From Felis catus (Eukaryota), in the NCBI RefSeq assembly GCF_018350175.1, contig NC_058368.1, positions 35,094,001 through 35,158,000 on the forward strand: DNA of 64,000 nt. The letters are read 5' to 3'. The translations under genes were made by a program, and so were the position numbers. The notes under the pieces were generated by a model, which did not search any database, was not told the DNA's origin, and saw only the letters and a program-made list of their open reading frames with translations. The stretch's first letter is position 1, and the number at the start of each line of letters is the position of its first letter. Positions 37,833 through 51,584 of the stretch are shown in pieces.

Positions 37833-38405
37833 TTTTTTATAACACTCTATTGAAATGTAATTTACATGTAATAAAATTCACCCTTTTAAACTGTGCAGTT
37901 CAGTATTTTTTTTGCATATTCCTTCATGCAACCATTACTACTCTCATATATTGGAACATTTTCATCACCCCCCAAAAGAAACTTCACACCCATTAGCAAT
38001 CACTCTCCATTTTCTCCCAATTCCCTAACCTCCCAGCCCTATGCAACCACTAATCTACTTTCAGTCTCTAGGAGATTGATATTTTGGACATTTCATATAA
38101 ATTGAATCATATGGTAAATGCTCTATTTTGGCTGGCCTCTTTTTTTCCCACTTAGCATGTTTTCAGTGTTCATGCGTGTTATAGCATGTCTTAGGACTTC
38201 ATTTCTTTTTTCTTTTTTTTTTTTTTTACTGCCAAATAATATTCTACTGTATGGTCACTACAAATTATCTATCCATTCATCAACTGATAGACATTTGAGT
38301 TATTTTCAATTTCTGATTATTATAATGATGACATAAACATGTGTGTACAAGTTTTTATGTATAAATCTTTCATTTTTCTTGGGTATATACCTAGGAGTAG
38401 AATTT
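37833..38405 (-). mobile_element. L1MB-type 3' end
   Basis: AAAATTCACCCTTTTAAA, CATTTTCATCACCCCCCAAAAGAAAC, GCAACCACTAATCTACTTTC, GGGTATATACCTAGGAGTAGAATT. Confidence 0.87.
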
Positions 38406-38787
38406 TCTTGCCTCTTCTTTAATGATGATAAAATAAACAAATATTATGACTTGTATTTTAAAACTAAAAATGAAAACAAAAGGAAACCTTACACTAATAC
38501 AAAGTCCCTTCAATGTTCTAGCTTTATACTATTGTACAATTAAAATTGATATTCTGAATTACTGTCTTCACTCCCTGTAGAGTCATCAGATTGTCGAAAG
38601 ATATTGGATTATTTGCTTACCATATTATATGTACCCAAGCAGAAAACCGGAACAATTGTTTAAAAGTTTGTAACAATAAGACTTAAAGCAAAGAGGAACT
38701 GAAATTAAACCAATATTAAAAAGCAAAAATATAATCAAAGTTTAATGTTTTGTTTTTTTTTTTTTTCATTTAAAATAGTGGCCATGT

Positions 38788-39016
38788 GGGGCGCCTGGGT
38801 GGCTCAGTCGGTTAAGCATCCGACTTCAGCTCAGGTCACGATCTCGCAGTCGGTGAGTTCGAGCCGCGCATCAGGCTCTGGGCTGATGGCTCAGAGCCTG
38901 GAGCCTGCTTCCGATTCTGTGTCTCCCTCTCTCTCTGCCCCTTCCCCATTCATGCTCTGTCTCTCTCTGTCCCAAAAATTAATTAAAAAAAAAACCTTAA
39001 AAAAATTTTTTTTAAA
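38788..39016 (+). mobile_element. Felid CAN-SINE
   Basis: TSD TAAAATAGTGGCCATGT (38771-38787, 39017-39033). Confidence 0.97.
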
Positions 39017-39392
39017 TAAAATAGTGGCCATGTTGATGGTCTTATTCAAATGACAATTGTACTGGATGATGAAATTACTCAACAGACATTTAAGCAAATT
39101 TAGATGTGACAATAGTATTCATGTTCTAGCCATAACTGGTATGTATGCTGTAAGACCAGTATTTAATCCTGAATCTGTAAATAGAATCTAATGATTTCAG
39201 TGAACTCAAAGCAAGATATATGAGGAGAAATGAATTTCACGTTATTGTGGATGTTGTCAGATCAAATTTGGCAAAATACAATATTTTTAAATGATGTATG
39301 GAATCAAACTTGAAATGACTGTCCATTCAGTTTGTATGAGGCTGAACAAAGAAATCATTCAGTCCAGTTTAAATTCAATATTTTCAGGACAT

Positions 39393-39650
39393 TTTTACTT
39401 TTTTATAAAATAAAAATTGTATATATTTAACACTATTCATCCACTCATATTGTTAACCTTTTATTTTGTTTTGTGGAGACAGCACCTGGGATCTATTCTC
39501 TTAGCATCAAATATACAATATAGTATTATAAACTATAGATACAGTGTCATTAATTACATCTCTAGAACTTATTCAGCCTACGTAACTGAAACTTTGTACC
39601 CTCTAACCAACATTCATTCCCCCATCACCTCCCTGCCCCTGGTGGTGACT
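39393..39650 (-). mobile_element. L1MA-type 3' end
   Basis: TCTCTAGAACTTATTCA...TAACTGAAACTTTGTACCC. Confidence 0.75.
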
Positions 39651-39958
39651 GTGGTATCAGAATGGCTCATGACATAAAACTGTAAGTTATTGTGGGACAT
39701 TTTTGGAGAACATTAAAGATTTATTTTGAAGGGATTTGGTTGTTTTGTATCTGACAATCGGACTCCTTGTTTTGTTTTATCAATGTGGATTCCAAACAAG
39801 CTCACTGATGGACTGCTTTCTCTCTGCCAAAGGTAGCTGGAGGGCTCACGTGGGCTTCCACCAGAGTAGCCAGAGCTTCAAATATGACTTACTGTTAACA
39901 TGGTAAGTGCCTTATGCCTTTCATCCTTAAACTACTTTAACTCTCTAACTCTTCTCAT

Positions 39959-40136
39959 CAGTGGTTCTCTACTTTGGTTTCCCATTGGAATCACCTAGGA
40001 AGCTATAGAGATATGACGCCTGAGTCACACCTGTGAAGATTCTTATTTAATTAGTTTAAGATTAACCTGAGCATCAGGATTTTCAAAAAAATTACCAAGA
40101 TGATGCTAATAAACAACCCAAGGTTGAAAAACACTG
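39959..40136. mobile_element. MER5A/B-like hAT-Charlie MITE
   Basis: TIRs CAGTGGTTCTCTAC ... GGTTGAAAAACACTG; internal GAATCACCT. Confidence 0.8.
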
Positions 40137-40419
40137 CCTTAGCTAAACCCAGCTGTAGGTTAAGTTCTTCTAACTTCAAAGCCAAATACTGCTGAACAAA
40201 GTCACCCATGAAATTTTGTTACAAACCCATGACTTTGAAAAGGACTACTCTAATTCTCTGACTGACTCATTCATGTTCTATTAAAACATGTTTTTAAAAC
40301 TTTTCCACTTGATTCAAGGCCCAGTACATGTGTATGCATGATTTGCCTCTTTATTCCTAGAGTAAATGGAGCCATCAAAACTTAATCTTCCAGCTAACAA
40401 GCATTAAACCCTATAATAT

Positions 40420-41055
40420 CACACACATCTTTCTTTCCTATAACAATGAATAAGTGTTTCCTCCTTCTATGTAAGGACATTTCCCTAACCTGTGCTTTCA
40501 CCTGTATTCCTATGCTATCCTATCCTATCCCAAATTCTAGAGAAGCTTACACTCTGGATTATCTATCCCCTTGGTATATTCAACCACAACTTATCAACTA
40601 GATCCTTCCCAACATTTTAATAAGTTTTTTTCAACTCACTTTTCCTCTAATAACTCTCTATATCTCTCTTCCTTATGTTATTAAATCCAGGGGTCATTTT
40701 TACTCTCATGTGACTTAAACTCTTAATGGAGTTACACAGGTTTTTTTTTTTTCTTCCTTAAAAGATTCCCTTCTCTTGACTTCTACGAAACACTATTCTC
40801 CTATTTAACCTCTTACCTTTCTGGTCTCCTCTCCCTGTCTTTGTCCAGGCTCATACTCCTCTGCGGAACCTTTCTTTATAGGAGTTACTCAAAGCCCAAA
40901 CTTCAGCAGACTCCTCTTGTGACTCCACCCTTTCCTTAAGCAATCATATCTATGCTTTCAACTTCAATTCCCACCTACATACAAGTGATTCCAAAATTTA
41001 TATGTCTAAGACACATTCCCTCTAGTAACAAATTTTCTATTTTCACCTTTTAATC
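40420..41055 (+). mobile_element. L2 remnant
   Basis: Pyrimidine-rich L2-like sequence (TTCAACTTCAATTCCCACCTACATACAAGTGATTCCAAAATTTATAT). Confidence 0.6.
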
Positions 41056-41060
41056 TCTAA

Positions 41061-41517
41061 TGTTTCAAGAGCTGGAAATGGTCTAGTTTTTACTGCAATT
41101 GCAAGCTGACAACTGAGCTTGCCAGTTTCATGGATGCTGACAAGAGACACAAGATTCCCGGATCAGAGATTGAAGGCTTTATTACTCATAAGAGAAGCAC
41201 TAGCCAGCGGGTCAGTATATTTGGGCCAGTTTCCCTAAGCTCAGTTCCCACAAAGGGAAAAAAAGGGCCAGATGACACCTAAATAAGCAGTGAATTCAGT
41301 TAAGGAGAGAAACACAATGCCAAGAACCCAGTATGCTTTGGGCAGGGAGCAAACAAATCTACACAGCCCGAGAATTGAGTAGTTACCTGGTGGTCACACT
41401 TTGATCACCTTGGCCTCTTCCGTTGCCTATATGACCAGCGTAAGCTTTGCAATTTGGACCATGCAGCAAGAATGGGCAGAGATGCTCAGGGCTCGTGGCA
41501 GATGGTCTTTTCAATCA
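41061..41517 (-). mobile_element. ERVL-class solo LTR (MER74/MER73/MER54-like)
   Basis: Reverse complement has TG...CA ends and AATAAAGCC...TCTCTGATCCGGGAATCTTGTGTCTCTTGTCAGCATCCATGAAACTG...CAGCTTGCAA 3' region. Confidence 0.7.
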
Positions 41518-44059
41518 TAAGATGCCTTCAATTCTCTAAAACCCTGGAACATTGGACTCCTCTCGGTTTCTCAAATCCATGCTTTTCTTTTCCATTGTAG
41601 AAGCTTTGAAAGGTGGAATTCTTTCTATGCCAGAAATTCAGTTCTCACTGTGAAAGAATCAAATGAATTCAAGGTGATTCCTATTTCTCTGAAGAAGGAG
41701 GTATTAAAGTGGAAAAGTGCTTGTGTCTCTTTTATGAAAATGCCAAATGTATAGAAATTTCAGTCATCATATTAAATGGTCATCTTGACAATATGTTATG
41801 CTGTTTGGTGTCACATTGACATCCTATTGATAATATTCATGACTTTTTATGCCTTTATTTTGTTCTTTGGTTTCAATAAAAAGAGAAGTAAAAAACACAA
41901 ATAAATAGAAATCACTGAAAAAGTGAACTGGGAGCAACAGTAGGCAAAAGCATAATGCAATGGGGGAACAGTAAACCATTTCTATATTGAAAAGTAGCAC
42001 AGATGAAAATAGACTATTGATTTAAACTGAAATCCATGATCTTTACCATTAGTATTTGTTCTGTGTCCTAGCATTATGAAAATAACTTAGTAAATTGTTT
42101 CAGAGAGGTATTACTCTACTTCTTTGTTTTCCAAATTGTTCATGCATGTTCCTCATATCGTTTCATAAACGCATTCCCAATGAATGGCCGGGTGGGGAAC
42201 ATCCTGCCATTTTTTTCCTTGCTAAAGAAAATCATTCTGCTTCTGAATTTCCTCTATGGTATCTCACAGGATAGCTATGCTTTACCCCAGGCTAAGCTGT
42301 GCAAATGGATCGTGAGCTTTTCCAACCTACTGTGACTCTCTCTACCCCCTGCCTTAAATACGGACCCCTGTGTGGGAGTGTAAAACTGCATTGAGGCAAG
42401 GAAGGAATGTTAAGTTAATATACTTAGCAAGACACGAGTCAAGGCAGCTTAAAGGAATCCCCTCTAATTATTCTTTGAATCCATACAACAGTTCGCATTT
42501 AAAACTTGACCACCCTCTATCTTGCCAACATCTTTAACATCTTGGTTGCTGCCAATTTGCTTAGTAGTACTGTAGAAAGTTTATTTAATGATACCGTTTT
42601 TTGGGGGGCTTCGTTTTGTTTTTTTTTACTTTACTTTTCACTTACAGATGTGCGATTTTTCACTGAGCTCTAAGAATTTCAGTATATGAGGTCTTAGGTG
42701 TAAAATGTCCCTTTAATATTTGCTGCCATCTGCACATTTAAAAATAGATCCCCTACTTTTATATTTGTATTTCATCTGTTTTTGCTAGCTCCCATTGTAC
42801 CTTTTCCCCTAGACTAAAATTGATATTGCCACCCCCCAGAGCATAACATGACTTTACTAGCATTAAGACATAATTAAGAGACTGAATTCAGTGTTTCCTA
42901 GCTTTCTAATATTGGCTCTTTAAAATATAAATTTAGTTATGAGGCTCTGCCCTTGAGGGGAAATACCAGTGACAACCCAATCAGTTTCTGGCAGTTAAGT
43001 TTCAAATAACAGTGGGGTTCTGTATTGGTTCTGGGCAATTTCTCTACTGCCACTCAAGAATCTTCCCTTAGATGCATTTTATTTTGTCAAATCCATCAAG
43101 GGGCATACTGTTGATTAATAATACAAGATGTGATTCAACAAAATGATGCCAGATCTATGTACAAAGAATTTGATTAGTGACTTTATAATGATACATTTAT
43201 AATATTTGAATATTGTAATGTATACTTAACTAGAATCACACACACTTCTTACCTAATGCTGAGCATATACGCGTTCAAAATAGAATGTGTTAATGATGAG
43301 GAACCAAACTCTAGAAAAAAGGTTAATAAAGATAAAGAACTGACTTGAATTTATAAGGTAAGGATTTAGTAAAGTTACCACAGCTGTGGTGATGTTAGGG
43401 ATGATACAGTAATGAGACTTCATCATAACAAGGTCCTGATATCCCTGCTCACAAAGCTCATCCTCAGCGGTAATACAACCGTGCCCACTTTAGAAATGAA
43501 GAGATAAGGAAGACAGTATGAGGTACACAGCACCCACTATAGTAATATCTATTACTCCACAATATGAGGGCCAGAATGACCCAGAGAGAATTTTTTTTTG
43601 TAGTGAACATGTTCCATAGTTCTATAATCCAACTTTTGAAGCCACATCTATCACATGCATGCATTGATGATTCATTAATTCAGTGCCAGCAGTACTCTAC
43701 TCAAAATAAAATTTCTATTCCTGGAAGCCCCCAAGTGGATGCAATATCATACACTCCCCAGTTATATTAATTTAGTGTCCTGGCAAAGATCATGAGTATT
43801 TCATTGCACTTTTTCTTCTCCCTTCCCACGTGCTTCACTTAACTCATGGGGGAAACAATGTTCAACACTATCTGTAAAGGATCCCTTTTGCCTATCTTTT
43901 TATAAGAGAAAAAATACAATATTTCCAAAGTATCCATACATACACAATTTGAGACAAACTTTTTTCTGTAGCACAAATGAATCAACTAGTAAGAGCACCC
44001 AAAAAGTGATAGTGGTATCATTTAGAGGCGACAGTAGACAAACTTTATATTTTCATACT

Positions 44060-44086
44060 ATTTTATTTATTTAAATGTTTACTTAT

Positions 44087-44130
<44 letters not shown>

Positions 44131-44300
44131 CGTGCATGAGCGGGTGAGGGGCAGAGAGAGAGGGAGAGAGAGAATCCCAAGCAGGCTCTGCACTGTCAGT
44201 GTAGAGCAAAACACGGGGCTCGATCTTATGAATCGTGAGATCATGACCTGAACCAAAATCAAAAGTCAGGCACTTAACCAACTGAGCCACTCAGGTGCCC
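44060..44300 (-). mobile_element. CAN-SINE with expanded (AG)n
   Basis: Antisense head ...CTGAGCCACTCAGGTGCCC; (AG)n ~44090-44127. Confidence 0.95.
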
Positions 44301-46462
44301 ATATCCTATTTTGGTATCTTCTAAACCTGGTTTCCAATGCCACCAGAAATTTATTCACTTTTTAAATCAGTTTTTAAATCTATATGTAAGTTGGGAAAAA
44401 CACAATTTTAATTCAACCCTTGCATGCCAATAAATACCAACAAAACTTTGTTATGTAATTTTTATCTTTCCTAGAATTCTATTTTTAATAAATGGTAAAT
44501 AATAATCCTACACTTCAACCAAGTCAAGTTAATTGTATTGTGAAATCAAATTGATGGCTTTAGGAAAAAAGTGAAGAATGATCCAGATAAGCATAACCTA
44601 AGTGTTTGTACTGAGATTCAACATTTGCCACAAAATATCTGTGCATATACATGTTTTTACCATATTTATGATTCAATTTCCTCTGTAACAATCTAAAGTT
44701 AGTTTATCTTTCTCTAAAATGGAAAAGAAATCCAATCCACTAGATCTTCGGTAGGAGTATTGTACCTTTTATATCAATAAGTCACTGAATATATTTCACC
44801 ATATATTTTATTTATCAGACTCTTAATCTATATTTGTAACTACTAGAAATTAATTATGAATAATACTGTATTATATATTTATATTCTGTAGTATTTAGCA
44901 ATTTAAGTAATTAAATTTCCCCATAGCTATGACAGCAATGATCTTAATAAAATAATTCTGTATAATACTCTTTAACAGAAAGAGGATGCAATTAACAGAA
45001 ACTCAAAGTCATTCTGCTGTGCCCCAAAGGTTTATATAGAGCTTAGTGAATCGACTCCTTCATATTATTCTCGTGGCCTTCTCCCATGAGTCTATGGGAC
45101 CTGACCGGGGACAGAGTCAGAGCCATCATGCTGGACCCAGAATACTTCACTCCAGTTTCAGGACATTCCTAGTGTACATGCATCATGCCTGGGGTCCTCT
45201 TTCCTTAGATGTATTCTTCCCAAAGAGGCTGTTTATTCTTTCTAGAAAAAAGATTTTGAATACATCTTCTCCATCAATCCCAGCTACTTTTGGGTACTGT
45301 GTGAATTTGAGAAAATCATCTTAAATTTCTGAGCTTCATTTTAAAATGAAATAGCAGTAGTACATGATTCTGAATCCCTTTTTATTAAACTAAATATCTT
45401 TTATAGTCCACAGAAGATTACACTGAGTACAAATATTATATTGATTTAACAAATATTTTTTGAACATCACTATGTGCCTCATTACGTTCTCATCTCTAGG
45501 GACCTAGAAAGAAAAAGTCTCTACTTTCTAAAAAGTTTATGTTCTGCTATAGTCAGCCCATTACTGCACCCCAAAACAATTTTCCCCAGGTTTTCCCTAA
45601 TTAGGCAGTCACTACAATGTGTACAAAAAAAATTCTGTAAACTATAACTAGCATTTCTTAATAGCCTTTTTTGACTAGGAAAGCTAGCTTCAGACTTCAC
45701 TTTAAAGTCCCTAAGCAAAATAAGAATATGTAAAAACAAACAAACAAAATAGTTATGAAACAATTGCCATTGATATACAAGGAAGCTAGGCCAAATCTGT
45801 TTAAATTCCAGAGGAATAGGTTTTAAGTTTTCATTCAGCAACAACCAAAATTTCATGTCAAAACATCAGTAAATAAAATCCCTAGATACGTATCAACCTG
45901 AATTTCCAGAACTACGTTATAGTGGAATGACACTCAGATCCATTTTATACATATTTTTAATATTTCAAAGAAGAATATAAGAATGTTATTAGCCTACTAA
46001 ATTGTAAATGATGGATCAGCAGTCTTGTTTCCACTTACCATACCTTATACATCTTCTGCTTGCTGACAGCTTACATTTTGGGATGGTTGGTTATGAATTA
46101 CTCTTAAGCGACTGAACAGTCTAATCTAAAGATGCTTTTCTACCTTTTCTCTCTAGCAATGAAGCATTCTCTTCCTCTTGAGCCTCTTTTGACAATTACG
46201 ATTTTTTTCCTGTTTTCCCCTATTATTTCTTTCATTCATATGAGAGTGGAAGGACAAGTCATCAAGGAAATTTCAGGTCCCTTGAGGGGTACAGGATATT
46301 TCACTGATCATGATGTAACACTTATAGTCTACAGACACTAAACCATATGTTGCCAGGAAACCCCCCAAAGTTATTAGTCCCTTTTTATGGCTTAGTAGGC
46401 AGTTATCCAGTATCAAAGGAAAATGGAAACAGAAAACACATGTTTAAAAAAGAATAGGGATT

Positions 46463-46675
46463 TGGGTGCCTAGGTGGCTCAGTCGGTTAAGTGTTGGACT
46501 TCAGTTTCAGGTCATGATCTCATGGTCCATGAGTTTGAGCCCCATGTCAGGCCCTGTGCTAACAGCTCAGAGCCTGCAGCCTGCTTCAGATTCTGTGTCT
46601 CGTTCTCTCTCTGCTCCTCCCCCATTCCTGCTCTGTCTCTCTCTCTCTCTCTGAAAAAATAAACATTAAAAAAAA
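46463..46675 (+). mobile_element. CAN-SINE
   Basis: Head, CT tract and A tail; TSD core AATAGGGA. Confidence 0.95.
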
Positions 46676-47334
46676 AAATAGGGACTGCCCTAGTGTTCAA
46701 AAGCAACATATAAACATGTATAATATCCAAATAAATTTGAAAAATTTATAACCAAGTAATTTAACTCTAAAACACTTTTATTACTAATATTCAGTGAAGA
46801 TAACTCTATCATTATGTAGGGAAAAAAAAAGAGGGAAGACAGAGTGATAATATACAATAGTACTTATTATGTTCCAGACACTTTACATATAGTATTTATT
46901 TTATTCCTATATGTATTTATTATTTATATTACTTATATCATATGTAATAGTTACAGATTAAGAAATGAAAATACAAACAAGTAATGTATCTTGTCAAATA
47001 GCCTACATTAGGATGTAGTAAAAGCTGCTTCACATTACCAGCCCTGTAATACAGAGTCCACCCTATCTGTGTGATAGAATCTATGCCGGCTTAGAGAAAC
47101 GGAAAAGATGCACAATAGGCAAAATCTTACACATAGCCTTCAAGAGAAAAAAATCCTTCATATGAAATTTGAGAGGGAAAAAAAATTGTATTTCCTTTCA
47201 GAGAAAGTGTTATTGGCCTCAGACTGTAGAAGAGGACCTGAAAAACATTCAGAAAGGTGCTAACTCAGCTATCAGGTTGACGAAGCAGGTGTGTGGGTGT
47301 CTTTCATACATTATGCTAAGAAAAGCCACTTGCT

Positions 47335-47525
47335 GGGGTGTCTGGGTGGCTCAGTTGGTTAAGCACCCAACTCTTGATTTTGGCTCAGGTCATGACTTCA
47401 TGGTCCATGAGATTGAGCCCCACATCAGGCTATGTGTTGACAGCACAGAGCCTCCTTGGGATTCTCTCACCCCCTCTGTGTTTCCTCCCCCCTCATAAAC
47501 AAACAAACAAATAAACAAACTTCTA
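47335..47525 (+). mobile_element. CAN-SINE (older)
   Basis: TSD AAAAGCCACTTGC (47321-47333, 47526-47538). Confidence 0.95.
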
Positions 47526-47668
47526 AAAAGCCACTTGCCATATTTGAGAGTTTTCCGAAAGACAGGCAATTTTGCCTCTTTAATCACATATACACCTTAG
47601 GGTTTTTCAAAATCTCATGACTTTTTAAACTGATAGCTAGTAGAGATACCTTCAGAAACGATAGCTTT

Positions 47669-47877
47669 GGGGCACCTGGGTGCCTCAGTCGGTTAAGCGT
47701 CCAACTTTGGCTCAGGTCATGATCTCAGGTTCATGGGTTTGAGCCCTGCATTGGGCTCTGTGCTGACAGCTCAGAGCCTGAAGCCTGCTTCAGATTCAGA
47801 CTGTGTCTCCCTCTCAATCTGCCCCTCCTCCACTCACACTCTGTCTCTCTCAAAAATAAACATTAAAAATTTAAAAA
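47669..47877 (+). mobile_element. CAN-SINE
   Basis: Full-length; degenerate TSD AAACGATAGCTT/AAACTATACCTT. Confidence 0.95.
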
Positions 47878-49232
47878 AAACTATACCTTCTACTTACAAG
47901 AAAAATAAAAAGAGTACCAAATCTCAGAATGTAGTAAGTGTAAAGTCCTCATCAACAACAAATAAAGAAAATGCATTCCCTTAACTCCTGAGTTGAAGAT
48001 TTTGAGGATTGCTCCAGGATTTTCAGAAAATGAGCTCCAGGACCCATCACAACTGAATTCTTACAGTGCATATCACTGGACTCTAAGCGAACTTGTAAAA
48101 TCTGAAGAAAATATGTTTAAATACAAAATATAAATATGTAGAAATACACATGAAGCTAAGCTCATATGTAGGTTTATAAAAGGAAATGCTTATAAGTTCG
48201 TGGTATAGCAGCTTTACTCTCACCTACAAGGCTCTCAAAAAGGGAGGAAAATGAGACACTTAAAAAGTTAGGTACTGGCTCCCAAAAAGCTGTTACAATA
48301 GATTCACAAATCAGATAACTTCTTTGGCAAGACAGTTTACTATTCTGAAAACTCTACAACTGTGCCTATGTTCACATACTCATTTTGAAAGCTTAGCAGA
48401 ATTTTGCCAACTGAATTAAAAAATGTTAATTCTAAAGGAAAGTTTTCAAATATTTTGAGCATTTAATTAATTTTAAAGGCTACCCATGCTTTATCCAAAA
48501 TAATACTTATATTTTGCAATGAATGCATCAATATGCCCAGCAGTACCCATTGGTTTCTTTTTCCAGTAAACTTTCATAGGAGCTATTTTTAATGACCCTG
48601 CTCATAAAAAAGGCTCCTTCATGTCTGATAGAGTATTATTACTGTGAATGAAGAGATTCCTTAAGTGCTTAAACCTGTCCCCAGATTTGCAAAATGCTTA
48701 TTTAAAACTGCTTTAGTCTTTGTTTTTCTTAGGAAACTACCTTTTGTTGTTGCTATTGTTGTTATAGAGGTGGTGGTAATTGTTCTTCACAGAAAAAACA
48801 AGTTCTTACAAACAAAAAGGTGTGAAGAAGAAGAAGAACAGGAATTGGGGGGCTGGACTTCTGTTTTTCTGTGAATTCTGCTCTCACTTTTCCCACGATT
48901 GTCTTTTTATTTATTGAAATGGCTCTGCAACTCAGCAAGGGAAAAACAAAAGGAATAAAAATTCATTTAAGCACTCTCTTTTATTTATGTTAACATATCA
49001 TCATGTGCTGTTTAACAATTTACTAAATGTTTATTATGCACAGTGTTGCATTCTCAAGAGAATAAATAAGTTTCTGTCAGCACTTCTTTTATGAAATCCT
49101 ATTTTGGTTGTGGATTTTAAAAATTCATAATAAACATTTCCTTCAGGAAGAGTCACAAAAGGAAAAGCTTTGACATTGTTGATAAGTGAGCTTGTAACTA
49201 AAGAAATGGAAAACAAACACGTGCATAATCAC

Positions 49233-49340
49233 TGTGTGTGCACGTGTGTGTGTGTGTGTGTGTGTGTTTGTGTAAAGAGAGGAGAGAGGGATGAAGGGAT
49301 AGAGAGAGAGAGAGAGAGAGAAAGAGAAAGAGACAGAGTG
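49233..49340. repeat. Compound (TG)n / (AG)n microsatellite
   Basis: Read directly. Confidence 0.9.
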
Positions 49341-50453
49341 AGAAGATGATTAGTTCCTAGATTTGAGGATCTTATAAATGAATAAAAGGCAGACCTTTCT
49401 GATGGTTTCAGTGTTAGCATTCCCACGGTTATAGCACCAGTCACACTTGCAAAATGGAAATGGAAAACCAGAGAAGGGACTACAGGATGTCCAAAGACCT
49501 CTCAGTTTCAAAGTTTTATTATTCTATTAAGAAAAAGAAAACAGAATGAAAATAAAGGTCAAAAGATGAAGAATAACCAATCTCTAGTACTCTCACAATA
49601 TATATCCTACATCATTTGATTTATATGTGCAGATAGAATTCTTTAGTTCTAAACTATACACTGAAAAGTGAGAGAATTTGGAAGGGGCTTGATATCTTTG
49701 TCTTCGCTTCTTAGTTTTGAATTTTTTGTGTTGTTGTTGTTTTGTTGTTGTTGTCATTCTCTTTAATGAGAACATTTGCTTTTGAGTATTTGTCACTTAT
49801 AAGTCTTTTATTTTATTAACTTATTTGTTAATCTTTTAAACAGCCTTATAACATAAACCTACTATGATAATATCTCAATTTTTCAGATGGAAAAAATTAG
49901 AAACAGATAAGAATTAGAAAACTTGATAAGCTTGGAAACTTGAATATTAGATACTTGATAAGTTTAGAGTGCTTTTAAGTGATGGAAATGGTCTTCTCAA
50001 CCAAGCAGATTCCAAGCTAATTCAACACATCTAACTCCACCTCTCCAAAGAAGGAACTGTGCCATGGATTGCTCACTAACCAAAGGTAGAACGACTTAAT
50101 ATATGACCAAAGATGAAATGAAGAACAAGATATTTTCTATGTACTTTCTGAATGTGAAAATTTTAGAAAAAGATAAAGCAGAAAATAAACGTCTATAAGC
50201 CTATGGTGCAGATACAATTGTTAATACCTTGGTGAATATTGTTATGGTCATTTTTGGTTTTAGAGCTTCACTTTAAATCACCAATATAATGAGCATTTGT
50301 CAATGTCATTAAATTAAATGGTTTTGAATATTCATGTAATTGTATTACAATTTATTTAGTAATTGACAGTTTTTGGACACACAGGCATAGCTGGTTTACT
50401 CAATCTTACTCAGGAGCCTCAATGAATATATTTAAATTATTAAATTAATCTGT

Positions 50454-50975
50454 TATATTAGTTTTTTTATACTATATAACAAATTACCTTAGCAGCTAAA
50501 CATAGCACACATTTATTATTTACCAGTTTCTATTGGTCAGAGATGAGACACGGCTTAACTGGGTCCTCTACCCTGGGTCTCACAGTCTTTAATCAAGGCG
50601 TCAGACAGGCGGCCTTCTCATCTGGAGGTTCAACTTGGGGTGGGATGGGGGGTGGAATCTGCTTTGAAGCTCCCTCAGGTTGCTGGCTGAATTCATTTTC
50701 TAGTTGCTATAGAACGCAGGACTTTGGTTTCTTGCTGGCAGAAGCCACAAAAGGTCATCTGTATTTCCCTGTCATGTGGTCCTCTCCGTAGGCACTTCAC
50801 AAGTCACTTACAAGCTAGCAAAACTGTCCCATACAATGTTACATAATCATGAAACTGACATCCATCCCTTTTGCCAAGTCTATTGGTTAGAAGTCACAGG
50901 TTCCACCCACATTCAAGGGAGAAAGTGGATAACTCGAAGGCATGGACATCAAGAAGTGGGGTACCTCATCCCCCA
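50454..50975 (-). mobile_element. MaLR solo LTR (MLT1E-like)
   Basis: TAACAAATTACC, ACATTTATTAT, CACGGCTTAACTGGGTCCTCT, TCTATTGGTTAGAAGTCACAGG, CACATTCAAGGG. Confidence 0.82.
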
Positions 50976-51500
50976 CCCTGTTGTATTCACTCTTCCCCAG
51001 AGCTTCCTGGGTCTATAGAGAGTTGTCCAAGGGAAAAAACATCTCCATGACAAATTATTTCTGCAGGTGAAGGCCTGTGTTTTACTGACCTTTAATTTGA
51101 GACGGACACAATGGTTCATTTCCTTGCTGGGGACATCCTAATGCTTGGGGCAAGTCTCTAGGAACAGGCAGTTCAGGAGGCCCCTCACACATCAGGTTCA
51201 GCTGATCTTGAGGAATGCAGGGTTTGACAGTGTATTCAGGAACCCCTGGAGTGAGTTTCTTGTAGAACAGGTAGTCTGTAGTTTCAGCCAGACTACACCA
51301 CATATATCTTCAAAATCTGGTGGCAATCTACTTCTTTTGTGTATCTTAGTAACAGATTACTCAGATTACAAATCTATGTTGTTTAGAAAAATGTGATTAA
51401 CATTGGGTTGTTGTTGTTTTTTTCTTTTTACCAAGCAGCCAAATTTCTCTACACCATCTGTTAAATAGTCCATCTCTTTAGTATTTATTCACTTATTTTT

Positions 51501-51584
51501 TTTGTTTATTAAATATATGCTCTTGAGTTATCTACTTTTGTAGATTCATTTGTTTATTAAATATATTATCTTGAGTTATCTACT
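51501..51584. repeat. Imperfect tandem duplication, period 48 bp
   Basis: TTTGTTTATTAAATATATGCTCTTGAGTTATCTACT (51501) / TTTGTTTATTAAATATATTATCTTGAGTTATCTACT (51549). Confidence 0.9.
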
